Positions 11,201-23,400 are shown, numbered from the stretch's first letter. The stretch is DNA of 64,000 bases from Antechinus flavipes (GCF_016432865.1 NC_067402.1:217620001-217684000); one strand, 5' to 3'. Program-made: numbers and translations. Notes: a model not told the origin generated them from the sequence alone.

Positions 11201-14200
11201 CCATTAAAGTCCTATCCCCTGAAAGAAGCCTTTCCAAATCCTCTCTAATTTTAGTGCCTTCCCTCTGAGACTACCATCAGTTTATTCTGTATATATCTTG
11301 TTTATATATATAGTTGTTTGAATAATATATTCCCTATTAGATTGTGATCATCTTTAGAACAGGGACTGTTTTTTGTCTTTTCTGTTGTTGTTGTTTAATC
11401 TTACAGCACTCAGCACAGTGCCTAACACACTATACGTGTTTAAAATTTTTTAGATTAAAGCTTTTTAAACTGTGTGTTGAGACTACAATATGAGGTCATG
11501 CTCCTGAATGTGGGGGTCATGAAGTTATGATTTGCCATCAGTTAATGTTTGATTTGTATACCTACTTTATATATTTAATATGCATGGGAGTGCATAAGAA
11601 TTTCTTGGACAAAAAGGAATCTGGAGTAGAAAAAGTTTAAGAAGTTTTGTTCTAGACGACTGACAAATGTCTGATAAGTTGGTATATACTGCTATGTTTA
11701 TGACAGTATTTCTTTGAGTGCATCAAGAATAGAGTGAATGCTATTGATCAGAGAAATGCAAATTAAGACAACTTTGAGATACCACTACACACCTGTCAGA
11801 TTGGCTAGAATGACAGGGAAAGATAATGATGAATGTTGGAGGGGATGCGAGAAAACTGGGACACTGATGCATTGTTGGTGGAGTTGTGAACGAATCCAAC
11901 CATTCTGGAGAGCAATCTGGAATTATGCCCCAAAAGTTATCAAACTGTGCATACCCTTTGATCCAGCAGTGCTACTACTGGGCTTATACCCCAAAGAGAT
12001 ACTAAAGAAGGGAAAGGGACCTGTATGTGCCAAAATGTTTGTGGCAGCCCTGTTCGTAGTGGCTAGAAACTGGAAAATGAATGGATACCCATCAATTGGA
12101 GAATGGTTGGGTAAATTGTGGTATTTGAATGTTGTGTAATATTATTGTTCTATAAGAAGTGATCAGCAGGATGAATACAGAGAGGCTTGGAGAGACCTAC
12201 ATGAACTGATGCTAAGTGAAATGAGCAGAACCAGGAGATCATTATACACTTCAACAACGATACTGTATGAGGATGTATTCTGATGGAAGTGGATTTCTTC
12301 AACAAAAGAGATCTAACTCAATTTCAATTGATCAATGATGGACAGAAGCAGCTACACCCAAAGAAAGAACACTGGGAAATGAATGTAAATTATTTGCATT
12401 TTTGTTTTTCTTCCCAGGTTATTTCTACCTTCTGTATCTAAGATATACTGTGGCATATTTAACATGTATAGGACTGTTTGCCATCCGGGGGAGAGGGTGG
12501 AGGGAGGAAGAGGAAAAATCGGAACAGAAGTGAGTGCAAGGGATAATATTGTAAAAAATTACCCTGGCATGGGTTCTGTCAATAAAAAGTTATTAAATAG
12601 GAAAAAACTATAAAAATAAATAAATTTGACTTCGTTCTCTATATATGTGAAAAAAAGAGAATAGAGTGAATGTCCATCATTTCAGGAGGAACTCAAAAAC
12701 TTGATGGTACATGAATGTAATGGAATATTATTGTGTAGCAAGAAATGACAGCTATAAGGATTTCAGAGAAACATTTAAAGATTTACATGAACTGATGCAG
12801 AGGTAAATGAGCAAAAAAGAACAATATAGTTAATAATTACAACAATGTAAGTGGGGGGAAGTCACTAAAAGGAAGTTGAATCCTAAATAATGGAAAAATC
12901 ATTAAAGATCCCAGAGAAGAGATGAGGAAACACACCTCTTCCCTCACAGCAGAGACATGGGGGAATACTAGGGCAGATTATAGCATACTTTTTCAGAAAA
13001 AGAGGTTTCTGTCAGATATTTTTACATAATTATTTTTCGTTGTCAAAAAAGGAGATTAAATGTAAGAAGCAGAACAACTGTGATATAAAATAACAGACAT
13101 CAATGCCTTTTAAAATGCATTTTTTAAAAGAAAAGAGAGGAAGAAAAGAGAAGTTTCATTAGGAGAATGTATTTTCAGATCTGATAAACCTTTGGTATGC
13201 CTTACCTCTGTGTCCGGCAGACTACAGTCATCATAGAGAAAATTACACCTACAGCGAGGCCCAAGTCCACACTCAAAGTCACTACAGCTACCCATGTGAC
13301 CAGCCAGACAGCCTATCAAACATGGGTGAGGAGAAAGTAAACACAAGGAAAAAACATGGATGATCAGCGATATCTAATTAAGCCATTGAGAGGCAATGAT
13401 TGTCAGGTCAGGAGTTTGGGTAACTCCTGGACATGTGAGAGGAGAAACTGAATAGATGGAATGGAATAAAGTTTGCTCATTAGGGAGTGTAGCAATTATA
13501 TAGGAAAGAGATCAGGTAGCAGCTTGGAATAGGGAAACCATTATTGGGATATCATAGCCTTTGGGAAGTGTTTTAACCCCACTATTTTTCTTTCTTGAAA
13601 GGTAAACCAAAATTTTGTTTAGGGGGTTATTGTAGGATTTATTCTAAGAAGTGGACAGTAAACAAGGAGGCAGTATCAAGAACAGCCATAATTAGCTAGG
13701 GGAAATAAGGAGAAAGGAATTAAAATGTTTCATTGAATTGAACTGAATTAAACTAAGTTGAGTTGAACTGAGGGGAGGCTGAAGGACCCTAATGCAGTCT
13801 CTCACAAAATCCGTCTTGCTGATTTGCCACAATTGGGGCAGCTCTTGCATCTGGAAGAACATCTGGCGCATGCTGGAAATATTGATGCTGGCAAGGACAG
13901 CCTGGAATTGGGAAAGAGAGCTCAGTTTCCCTGTGGCACCTCAATGCGCCTTTCCCCAATCTCTCCCACAATTCACTACCTTGGGCAAATAGTAGAAAAG
14001 AGGTCCCAACCACAGTAGGACTGATAGGACAACTGCACAGGAGAAGAGGCCTGTAAGCTAGAAGGGAAGGAAGGATGTTAAAAGTGGGGGAGGGAAGGGA
14101 GAGTGGGGAACTGCTCCTCATCCCCATAAACTTCCTGAAACATGTGCATCTTCAAGTCCCTGTACTCTTACTTGGATGTCTCCCCACCCCATTTACAGTG

Positions 14201-17200
14201 GCCCTTCTTCCTCATTTCTTCCTACCTACCTACCTCATTCTATCCTATCTAAATATCCCAGTCCCTTCATAGGATTCATATAGGATCTAAATATCTTTCA
14301 TCCCCCTTACTTAAATGTACCTCACATCCAGTCCCTGAAGTCTCCACTTTTACCTGTGTGTGTCCCCCTGCATCCACTAGCAAACTGGTTGTAGCTAATG
14401 AGGCTGAATTGGGGAAGCAGGAGAAGAGTGAGGAGATGAGGTTGGAGACACCATGTGCCAGGAGCTCCTGGAGGTAAGGAGAATATTAAGATTAGGAGGA
14501 ATGATTTGCAATCAGACCAAAATGAGAGGCCAGAGGTCTGAGCCATACCTGGTTGGGGTTGATGGTATAGTTGTGCTTGTCTGCATAGATTGAAGCCAGA
14601 GACACCGATATAGCAAAAGTAACCAATGCAATTGGAAGGGAGTAGGCAAGAACCAGGGGCAGTGTAGACAGAGATGGTATCAAGAGTTGGGGGAACCTGG
14701 AGAAAAAGAGATTAATGGCAGAACTAATTGTAGTCATAATGAGGATGATCTGTAAACCCAGGGGACTCCTTTGGAGAATCTGAGGGAGAAGAACTGGGTT
14801 GAGGCGATGGGGGGATGGGTTAGAGGGCAGGTGCCCTTGGAGTCTGGGGAAACTGGAAAGGGATGTGTGAGAAGGGCTGAGGACAAAGATAAATATTAGG
14901 AAGTACGTGAGCCGAGGTTCCCCTATTCAGTCTCACCCAACTGGCAGTGACCCAACGATTTGTACGTTGTATCTCGTATCCAGAGAAGAGGTAAAACACA
15001 GAAGAGAGGCCAAGAGCACCTAAGGATGAAAGACAAAGGGATGAGGGGTGGAGCCTCTTCTGCAGGGAAGAAGAGATTAAGCTGAGGAGGTAGGGAACAT
15101 GAAAGTCTCATTTTAGACTGGAGATCCTAGGAGGGGACAGGACGCAGAGGATGAAAAAGGGTAGTTCCCTCACCATGAAGACCTCTCCTGGGATCGGGGT
15201 AGGTAGCCTTTCTCGGAATCTCACGTTCAGTTCTTTGACTGGCACCAATAGCGCCAGACTAAGGGCTGAGATGGTCAGTTCAGCCGGACTGCTCTGGGGA
15301 AGCGCCGTAAGCACCGCGGCCAGCGTCTGCGGTGGACAGACTTATTAGCAGAGCCTCCCTTCACCCCTGACGCAGTCCTCACTAAAACCCTGATGACTTG
15401 TTCTCTTCGCCCAACACCATCGCTCTATCCAATCTTCCAGCTCTCCTGATTCGCTTCGACCTTTCCCACAGTCTCATACCCCGCTCCAGACCCAGAACCT
15501 CCCAAAGACCCTGTGATGTCTCCTTCCTCAGGGCCCTTTCCTTCTTCTCCACCTTGAAAACTGCAAAGTAGCCGATCTGTCGGGGGAAGGGCAGTCCCAG
15601 GAGACTCTGCAGCTGGGACACAAGCACATGCACCGCGGCCCCACTGGTGAGAGCCTTGACCACGGGCTCCGACAGGAAGGTGGACAGGAAGCCGAGCTGC
15701 AACGCGAACATCCCCAGCTGCCAGGGGGAGGAGGAATAAAGTCTGGGAATTGATGGAGTAACAAGAGGAAGGGGCCAAGGAAATGCAGAAGGTCATTCGT
15801 ATCTCGTTTCATCACTATCTTTTCCTATGGTGGTCTTCCACGCAAGAGAGTCTGGGGTTGGGGAGGTGAAAGGGCCGGCTCAAATCTTCCAGGAGATGCC
15901 CTACCCCCAAATCCCGCGCGCAATACACACACCATAGTCCCAGATCTCCCGACTCCCATTCTCCTCCCTTTCTCTTCCCTCCTTCAACATCCTTCCCTTA
16001 CCACGAATCTCTTCCTACCTTCTCACCTAAAGCAGGTCCCTGGGGTCCCCCTTCCCAGTCTCCAGTTTCCTGCTGCTCTCCCTCCCCCAGCCTCCCTCAC
16101 CATCAGCGCCCCGCTCCAGAAGGCAACTGCAGACGCCGCCCCAACCCTCTGCAGGTCCAGCTGCATTCTCTCAGTCGAGCTGAGGTTGCCCCCGGGGGGC
16201 TCCGGGACCAGGCTCTCTACTGCTGAACCTGTCATAAGGCTGAGCACTGCAAAGGTTCCTGCAAGAAGAAGGGGGGAGCTCAAAGGGAGATGTGAAAAAT
16301 TACAGGTAGAGCCTTGTAAGTCTCTAGAGTGCAGAAAATCTGGGAGCTGCCTCCTCCTATCTTTTCTCCACGCGCCCTCTTCCCCCATCATCCCGACCCC
16401 CACCCCCTCTCTTGCTACTGGAGGAACCTTGTAAAAACCGCAGGGGAGCAACCATCAAAAGAGCTGGAAGTGGCGCCATCACCTGGCATTGAGCGGAGGA
16501 AAGATCTAAAGTTCTGTGGATAGTATCTGCACTTAAAAGATTGGTATGGGGGAAGGGGAGAGAGGGAGAGGGAATCTAATAAGGATCCTGGGGTTGTCTG
16601 GCAAATCCGTCCCCCTGCTATTCCACCCTAGAAGCTGCTTGCTCCCTTTCTGAGACTCACAAAGGCTGAACTTGTCCATTTATACTCTATGGAAATATCA
16701 AGGAAGGAAAGCACAGTTCTATAATTTTCTTGGGGCCTACAATTCCCTGGAGTTTTATTGGATCCAGGGATCATACAGAAGTGAAATTGAGTGGGAATGG
16801 TCACAAGGAATTCTGCCAAGTAGGGATGGAATTCCACTCGATTCCACTTTTCTTAGGCTGGGGACATAATATGAGAGGATGTTCAGCTCACTCACCGGTG
16901 GACAGATGTCTTCCGGTACCCAGGAAGGTATAGATGAGGACAGGAAAAAAGGAGGTATAAAGTCCAAACACAGGGGGCACTGAGGTTAGGAGGGCAAAGG
17001 CCATGCCTGGCAGGGGGAAAATGGAAAGGTCACTTTGGGATATCCTGGCGCATCAAGCCTTCTTGATGGCTTCTTATTCTGCGCTTTGAACAAAAGGAGA
17101 AACTTGGCCTTGATATTAAGTATCTGTTAAGTATACTTAAATGGGAACTGAAGAGAGCCGACCTGCTCTCAGGAGCCCTAAGTGTAGATCAGGCCCCTGG

Positions 17201-17875
17201 ATCCGCGTCCTGAAGGAGCCCTGGGAGGCACAGCCTGGACTTCTTGACAGTTCCCTCAGCCAGAACCGGCAAATGACTTCTTCCCCAAGATATGGGGAGG
17301 TAGAGGAGGTAAAGAGCAAGCTAAAGGATACGATGCAGGATGACCCATAAAATTCAATTATCTGAACCTCCAAACTTAGAGGAATGGGGTTGTCAAGGGG
17401 GCTCTCCATGCCTCACCCTCCTTAATATATCTCCAGACTCCAGAGACCCTTCAACCCTCCTCTTATCTCAACTCTCCCGCCCTGACCCCTTCTCCAAGAA
17501 GATCCTTTTAGTTCTGACTGTCCCCTCACCCTGCGGCACATGCACTACGCCTACGGTGACTCCGGCTACCGCGTCTCCGAGCAACCAGGTCCTCCAGGGG
17601 TACCAGGGCAGCCAAGTCAGGGGAGGGAACCGGGCCCGGAGCAGTCTCCACGCCTCTCTCCTGGAGCAGGTCCGGAACAGCTTGTCCCGAAAGCCCCGCA
17701 GCAGCCGATCGGGTAAAGGATCTAGACCCCGTTCGGCGCCCCCAAAGTGCCTCTGGAACAGTGCCTCGGTAAGAGGACTCAGGACACCAGACACTGCTTC
17801 GGACTCAGAACTGGTCACCGGGTCCAACTCCTCTCTCAACACCGGACAGGACACAGTGCTTGAAGATTCAGTCAT
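8291..17875 (-). CDS. SLC26A10: SLC26 anion transporter family member A10, intact 687-aa CDS with transmembrane and STAS domains
   Basis: Coding exons in transcript order: 17875-17530, 17006-16896, 16258-16101, 15717-15553, 15326-15174, 15019-14937, 14696-14549, 14467-14354, 14057-13980, 13901-13806, 13312-13206, 10083-10014, 9919-9803, 9661-9628, 9552-9470, 9024-8970, 8861-8755, 8329-8291 (2064 nt, no internal stop). Signature [23 protein letters not shown]...[12 protein letters not shown]...[13 protein letters not shown]; STAS motif [14 protein letters not shown]; ends [12 protein letters not shown], similar to recalled mouse Slc26a10. Confidence 0.93.
9310..9415 (+). mobile_element. LINE-2 3' terminal fragment
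   Basis: attagattggaagctccttgagggcagagattgtctt...agcacaatgcttggaacatagtaagcgcttaataaat is the canonical L2 3' end. Confidence 0.8.
10165..11445 (+). mobile_element. Degraded LINE-2 3' region, interrupted near 10255-10600 by a DNA-transposon-like insert
   Basis: L2-like text (tgccatcatcctggt...gactattataatagtctgctgg...cactgtgctgccaaattgatcttcctaaa...cagcacagtgcctaacaca) ending in the L2 tail; boundaries approximate. Confidence 0.7.
10255..10470. mobile_element. hAT-type non-autonomous DNA transposon remnant (Tip100/Arthur/MER69-like)
   Basis: ttgttaacttttcaaggtgaatttttgcacc...gctacaaatcagggtt...tagactt...ttaaacttaaagg resembles a recalled hAT MITE consensus; family assignment tentative. Confidence 0.45.
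11458..11650. mobile_element. hAT-Charlie-like MITE
   Basis: ttaaactgtgtg...gaatgtgggggtcatgaagttatgattt...tgtttgatttgtatacctactttata...gaaaaagtttaagaag resembles a recalled marsupial Charlie-type MITE. Confidence 0.5.
11741..12657 (+). mobile_element. Young 5'-truncated LINE-1 (ORF2 C-terminus, 3' UTR, A-rich tail) flanked by a 15-bp TSD
   Basis: ORF 11738-12139 ([18 protein letters not shown]...[19 protein letters not shown]...[15 protein letters not shown]) is the L1 ORF2p C-terminal cysteine-rich region; AATAAA at 12581-12586; TSD agaatagagtgaatg at 11726-11740 and 12658-12672. Confidence 0.93.
12673..13110 (+). mobile_element. Older, more diverged LINE-1 3' fragment hosting the young L1; left part ~11660-11740
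   Basis: tccatca...atgaatgtaatggaatattattgtg...aagatttacatgaactgatgcagag parallels the corresponding region of the young L1. Confidence 0.65.
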
Positions 17876-19832
17876 TCTGCCCTGCTCTACCCTCCTCCTC
17901 CTCTAGCGGAGACTTATGTACCCCTCCACCCCGTTCCATAGAACCCCGCCCAATGGGAGAGAGGGACCCCTAGCTCCACCTTCTTGAGTACCATACAATC
18001 AAGGGCTAGGGAGGGGTACATCTCCCCCGGGAATCCTATCTAGGGGCGGGGAAGAGATCCTGGAGAAACCCTGGAGGTAGGGGGAGGGAGAGTATTCTAG
18101 TATCTGGCCATACTCTCCCTATCTTTCCCAAAAACTTCAATCATAATGGATGGGGGAAAGGGGGCTGGAAGGACACGAGAATGATGTCAAATGGAATTTT
18201 TATCATGTCCCAAGAATAGAAGTCTCCGAGCATTAACTATCCTTCCTCTTTTCTCTCTTTTCCTTGTAAATATTATGAACAGGAACTCTGGGAAGAGAGC
18301 CGTTCAGATATAGCCCCATCACCACCGTCATATCCCCACGAAGCCACAATATTCCCAAGAGAAAAAGAAGAGGCACATGGTTAGTCCATCCCAAAAATCA
18401 GAGACAAAAGAACAGAGAGTTCAGTTCAAAAGTCCTCCATACAACCTACACAGCTGGGATGAGTGAGTGGGGAAGATGGAGGTAGGGTGGGGTGGTTTGG
18501 ACACTAAGTTCAATGTTTGCGGGACAGATGCTGAAAATATAGGTAATATGACATGTGCTTGTTTTTATCGATTGAGCCACTTGTTTAGGAAGTATTTGTT
18601 TTATTGAATTTTAAATGTGACTGTAAGAAAGACACTGTTCCTCAAACCAACTGATTCATATTTTAATTTCTCCCTACTTATACTTTGCACTGGGGAAATG
18701 GAGGGGTGGTAGTTGTTGTGGGGTACAAGAAGATAAGCCTTCTCTTGAATTAGACAATCTGACACCCTTCTTTCTTGGTCCTGATAAATCTTTTTGGTCT
18801 TCTGAACCCTAAACTTAGGTTCATAATCCCACTTCTGCTCCATCCCATGACAGCCTCTGAAATTCCAAATCTCAAGAACCCCTAAAACCCAAACCACTCA
18901 CCCTCTGGCCCCCCAAAGTCCCTGGCCCCAAAACCCAGGGGGTCGGGTGGAGCTAGGGCGGCCTCTCTTGGCTTCAATTCCTCCTATTGTTTCCCTTACT
19001 TCTTATCGGGTGTTGCGTCCTGTCCACCCTCTTTAAGACCCCTCCTCCCATTGTCAGCAGGAGGGGGGCATAAGGTCCAGGCCCAAAGGGAGGCTCTGGC
19101 CTCTTGCCCACTCTAACCCCACAGCCCCTCCTACAAAGACTTCCATTGTCTGGTGAGGAAACACAGCCCCATGTGATAGAGCCCCCAGGGGATAGATGGA
19201 CATAGTGGACACGCAGATGAATACAGACCCAGGACCAGGGGCAGCCAGACACAGTTCTGAATCGTCTTTCTCTCTGCCCCTAGATCTTGGGGTCTGGGAT
19301 GTGAAGGAGTGGCGGCTCCTTCTGACCTCCTCAGAATTTCTTTTTGGACCTCAAAGCTAGAAGATGAAGCACCATGAATTACAGCACCAAAAGTCACATC
19401 ATTGTCCAAGTTTCCCCTCCCTAAAGATGGGAGCTGGGTGATCACTTAATGAAGACTTCAGAGGAAGGGAAAGAGGGCTTTCCCCTCAAGATTCTCCTAT
19501 GATGGTGGTGAAAAGCTCAGTCTAAAAAAGGTATATTTAGGATTTTGTCTCTTTAGCCTCTGGATGGTGGGTTGTTGGGTTTGGTTTGGTTTTTTAACCA
19601 GTTGAGAATGGGAAGGAAAGGAAAAGATGTAATGGGGATGATCACACGGGTTTGGAATTTCCAATGTAGTAGGTAAAGGGGTGAAAAAGAAAAGGTCCAG
19701 AGATAAATAATAAGATTTTAGCATTAAATCTTTAGGATTCCTAATGACCAATTAGTTCACATGTGTGGGGTGAGATGTTCACAAGAAAGCCCAATGATTC
19801 CAAACTCTGCCCCTTCGCCATTTCCAGTTACT

Positions 19833-20273
19833 CCAAATGATTCCAATAACTTCACCCCTGTATCTCTTCCTCAGTCCCTCATCCTCAGTGACAGAGCAAA
19901 ATCTTTATTTTCAGGAAACAGAAAAATCAAAATAAGTCAATACATTCTATGCCCTATCCCTTTATCCACCTACCCATATTTCTTCCTTTCTTGGGGCTTG
20001 AGTGATACATTACATTTGAAGGAAAAGTGAGAGAATCTGTATCCCCAAAGCCATCCCAAATGATTCTAGTAACATCACTCTTGTATTTATTTCTTCCTCA
20101 CTCCCTCTATCCTCGATGATAGAGCAAAACCTTTATTTTTAGGAAACAGACAAATCGAAATAAATCAATACATTCTATCCCCTGCCCCCTTATCCATCCA
20201 CCCATACTTCTTCCTTTCTTGGGGTTTGAGTGATACATTATATATGGAGGAAAGTGAGAGAATCTGTATCCCC
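19833..20273. repeat. Diverged direct tandem duplication of ~215-220 bp (copies ~19833-20046 and ~20057-20273)
   Basis: Both copies share agagcaaaa-ctttatttt-aggaaacaga...aatacattctat...ttcttcctttcttgggg-ttgagtgatacatta...gagaatctgtatcccc; offset 227-228 nt. Confidence 0.9.
20132..20137 (-). terminator. Proximal candidate poly(A) signal of ARHGEF25; duplicate at 19904-19909
   Basis: tttatt on +, about 350 nt downstream of the stop at 20488. Confidence 0.65.
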
Positions 20274-20487
20274 AGTGGAGAAACAATATGTACTACAAAT
20301 CTTTCTTAAACTTGACACCATTCCCATCAGTTCCAACCACTCCCAGCCCAGTCCTAGCCCAGTCCTTTCAATTCAGTTGAAGGGCTGAGGGGAGGTATCA
20401 GTTCAAAGACAATGCTCAGGAAAGGACTTCATCCATCACAATTTCAGTGGCAAGTTACCCACTCCCAAAAGGTGCAGAGGTCACCAG

Positions 20488-23400
20488 TCATAGCTCATCT
20501 TCATCCAGCTTGGCCAACCTGGCCTGGCAAACAGGAGCTTCAGGTGCAGGAAGGGCCTGAGAAGAGTTAATAAGGTCCAGAAAAGAGATGAAAGTCAAAA
20601 GGTAAAAAATTCAAATATTTATCAGAAATCTCTGGCGCTTATTCTCACCTCCTGGTTCTAAACTTCTCTGGCCTCACAGATTCCTCCTATTAGGTACTGT
20701 AGACTTAGTAGTCCTATGAATGGCAATCTCTAACCCCTACCAGTCAGATAATTGAGAGAGGGTAGCTTAACATTAAGTCAAATGCTTATTGACTTGACTT
20801 GGGGGAAAAAAAGAATAGAAAGGGAAGAGGAAAATGCTGGACAGGAATGAGGGAAAGAGATTTATATAGACAAAAAGGAAAGGGAAAATTACTTCTCATA
20901 TTCTCATATAATAAAAGATGGGAGCTATAGAGCACTTTATGATTTAAAAATTCATACCCATTGTTTCTTTTAGTTCTTATAGTAATCTTTTTGAGATTGG
21001 TGAAGTCAGTCAATCAGCTAGCATTTATTAAGCATCTACTATGTGGCAGGCAGTACTAAGCAATGGGGATAAAAAAATCAAAAACAATCCCCACTCTCAA
21101 AGAGCTCATGGCCTAAGTGTCAGTATTATTATTCCAATTTTACAAGTGAAGAAACAAACTCAGCAAGCCAGGATTCTAGGTCCAGGGTGTTTCCCACTAT
21201 ACTCTGCAGCTTCCCATATTGTTTCTCTTCCCAACTCTCCCTCTCCTAATGAGAAATCTCTCAATATTTCCCATACCCCATCACCCATACCTGTTCATTC
21301 TGAGGCAGGGAGCATTCAGCTACCCCCACTGGGGGCAGCAACAGGGAAGGAAGGGAGGCATTGATGGGTGTATGTATGCTGACTGGGGCTCGGTCCCCAA
21401 GCCGGATTCGTCCAGGGCTTCCCCCCACAGACCCTCCTATCCTTCCCAAGCTGTTAGTCTGGCTCTCCCGTCGCTGGTATTCAATTGGTGACTGCAATGC
21501 TGAGATAGGAAGAGGAACAAGGAAGGTGGATTGGAAGTCATACTGGGGCCCTTCCCTGGGATCTCTGCTGTCCAAAACAAAAATTCACACTTTTTTAATA
21601 GCATTGTAAGGTTTGCAAAGCTCTATTCATTAGGGATGTTGGCTCCTCCAGGAGCTAAATGGAAGATTCATGTGAGTCTGAGTTTTATAGTCAACTTGAT
21701 TTTGTAATTTGCATCAGGAGATCAAAAAAAAAAAAATGACTAGAAGTCAGTCATCAGGAACAGAAGTTAGAGATCAGAGATTATCAGGGAATTTGTAGGA
21801 AAATACAAGGATGCCCAAGGTGGTTATGGGGATCTCTTACCATTGAGGAAGTTCCTCTGACTTTCCAGGATCTGGGCTATTTGCCGAGTCCAGACCTCAC
21901 TGATTGCTGCATCTGAAGCCTGTAGAATATAGCGCTGGACACCACCCTCTGGCCCCCTTGAAGTCAGGGTGAATCGGCAGGGATCCCCCTGAGTGTTCTT
22001 CTCTAGGCCCAGACAGCTGACCTGAAGCAGTGCATATGGATAGGAAGGAAAACAACTCAGATATTTCTAGAGTTTCCCCAACCTCCCAAGTCCTATTTTC
22101 TAAAACTGATCCTATTCCATGCCCTGACAGAGTCTCTAATGAACCCAGAATCTGGAGATCCATTCTCAGGATCCCTCCCACTCTTTACCAGCTCCAGAGT
22201 CTCTCCCACCTCCCTAGAGCTCCCACCTCCCATATATCCCAACCTACTCTCCTCACCTTGATACTGTTCTTATAGACATATCCAGGTTGTGTCCCACCCC
22301 TGACGCCTCCCCCTAGGGCCTCGCTGAAGATGATGATTTGCTCAAAGAGGAAGACGCGTCTCTCTCGACCCCGGGCAGGGAGCAGCCCTCCAGCTTCAGG
22401 TTCTGTAACCCAGAATGTGTCCTGACCCAGAAGCTTCCCCTGGGTGGTCAACTTGCCCTAAGATCAAAAGGGAAACAATCATGATCTTAATTACAAGATT
22501 AAAAGGTGAGGACTGTGGTCAGAAAGGGAGAGGAAGGAGAAAGGGAGTGGACTAGAAACCTCTGCCAGCGTGGCTTCATGGGAGCTTCCTGCTCTCCTTC
22601 CCCCTCTTTCACATCAAACTTGGGGTCCAATGTAGGGATATGACTCTCTCTACAGAGATCACCAGGCTGTTCCATGCAGGAGGGTCCAACAACATACAAA
22701 ATTCTTCAACGATTCCACCTCTTTTTCCATACCTCAAAGCCTCGAAGTCGCCCCAGACTCATCATGTCATTGCAGCGCTTCGGCACAAAGCACATGACCT
22801 CTACTGCTCTCTGGGACAGGAAAAATTGGAGGGAAATACTTAGAAGTGGAGGGTGAGACAAATTCTACCAGTTCCCTTCCTATCCTTGCTTCTTTCTGTA
22901 ACTAATTTTCGTAAAGTATTCTCTCCCCAAACTAACTCTTAAATGGGTCCCCACCCAAAGGGAATGGAATTGGTCCACTGAGATCTGGAAAGGAGAGAGG
23001 ACTGGTTATGGTTAGAAGAGGATGTGAGGTCTCCTTACCTCAAGCTCTTCAGTATTCTTCTTGGCTTTACTATAATATTTGAGGAAATCCTGAAATATGT
23101 AGAAGAAACAGAGAAAGGTTCTGAGGCTGGGATCCTGATTTCCAGATTTCCCAGACACTCTGTGAGAGAGCCTGAAGGAAGGACAAGCTGGGTAGAATGT
23201 GAGGAGATCTAGAAGGAAGGCCTGTCAGGTGGTGGGAAGGGAGAGTAGGTAGGGCCATGTGGGCAAGAGGCTCTGACCTTAAGTAGCAGCTGGTACTTCA
23301 TGATCCTCTGGACAGGTTTGATGAGAAGGTCATTAAGTTGAAGACGGTGACCGAGCTGCTGACGGAGTTCCTGAGAGAGAGGCCAGGAGACAGAACTTAA

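Noticed and set aside
11738-12139. 133-aa ORF as a host gene
   Set aside because: It is the L1 ORF2p C-terminus; its ATG comes from the target-site duplication.
15307-15327. REST/RE1-like sequence gtaagcaccgcggccagcgtc
   Set aside because: It mismatches the highly constrained GGACAG half-site and is explained by SLC26A10 exon 5 codons and its acceptor.
17340-17906. 188-aa plus-strand ORF
   Set aside because: Antisense shadow of GC-rich SLC26A10 exon 1; no recognisable domain.
20488-20505. C-terminal EDEL as a KDEL-like ER retrieval signal
   Set aside because: ARHGEF25 is cytosolic with no signal peptide, so the motif is topologically irrelevant.
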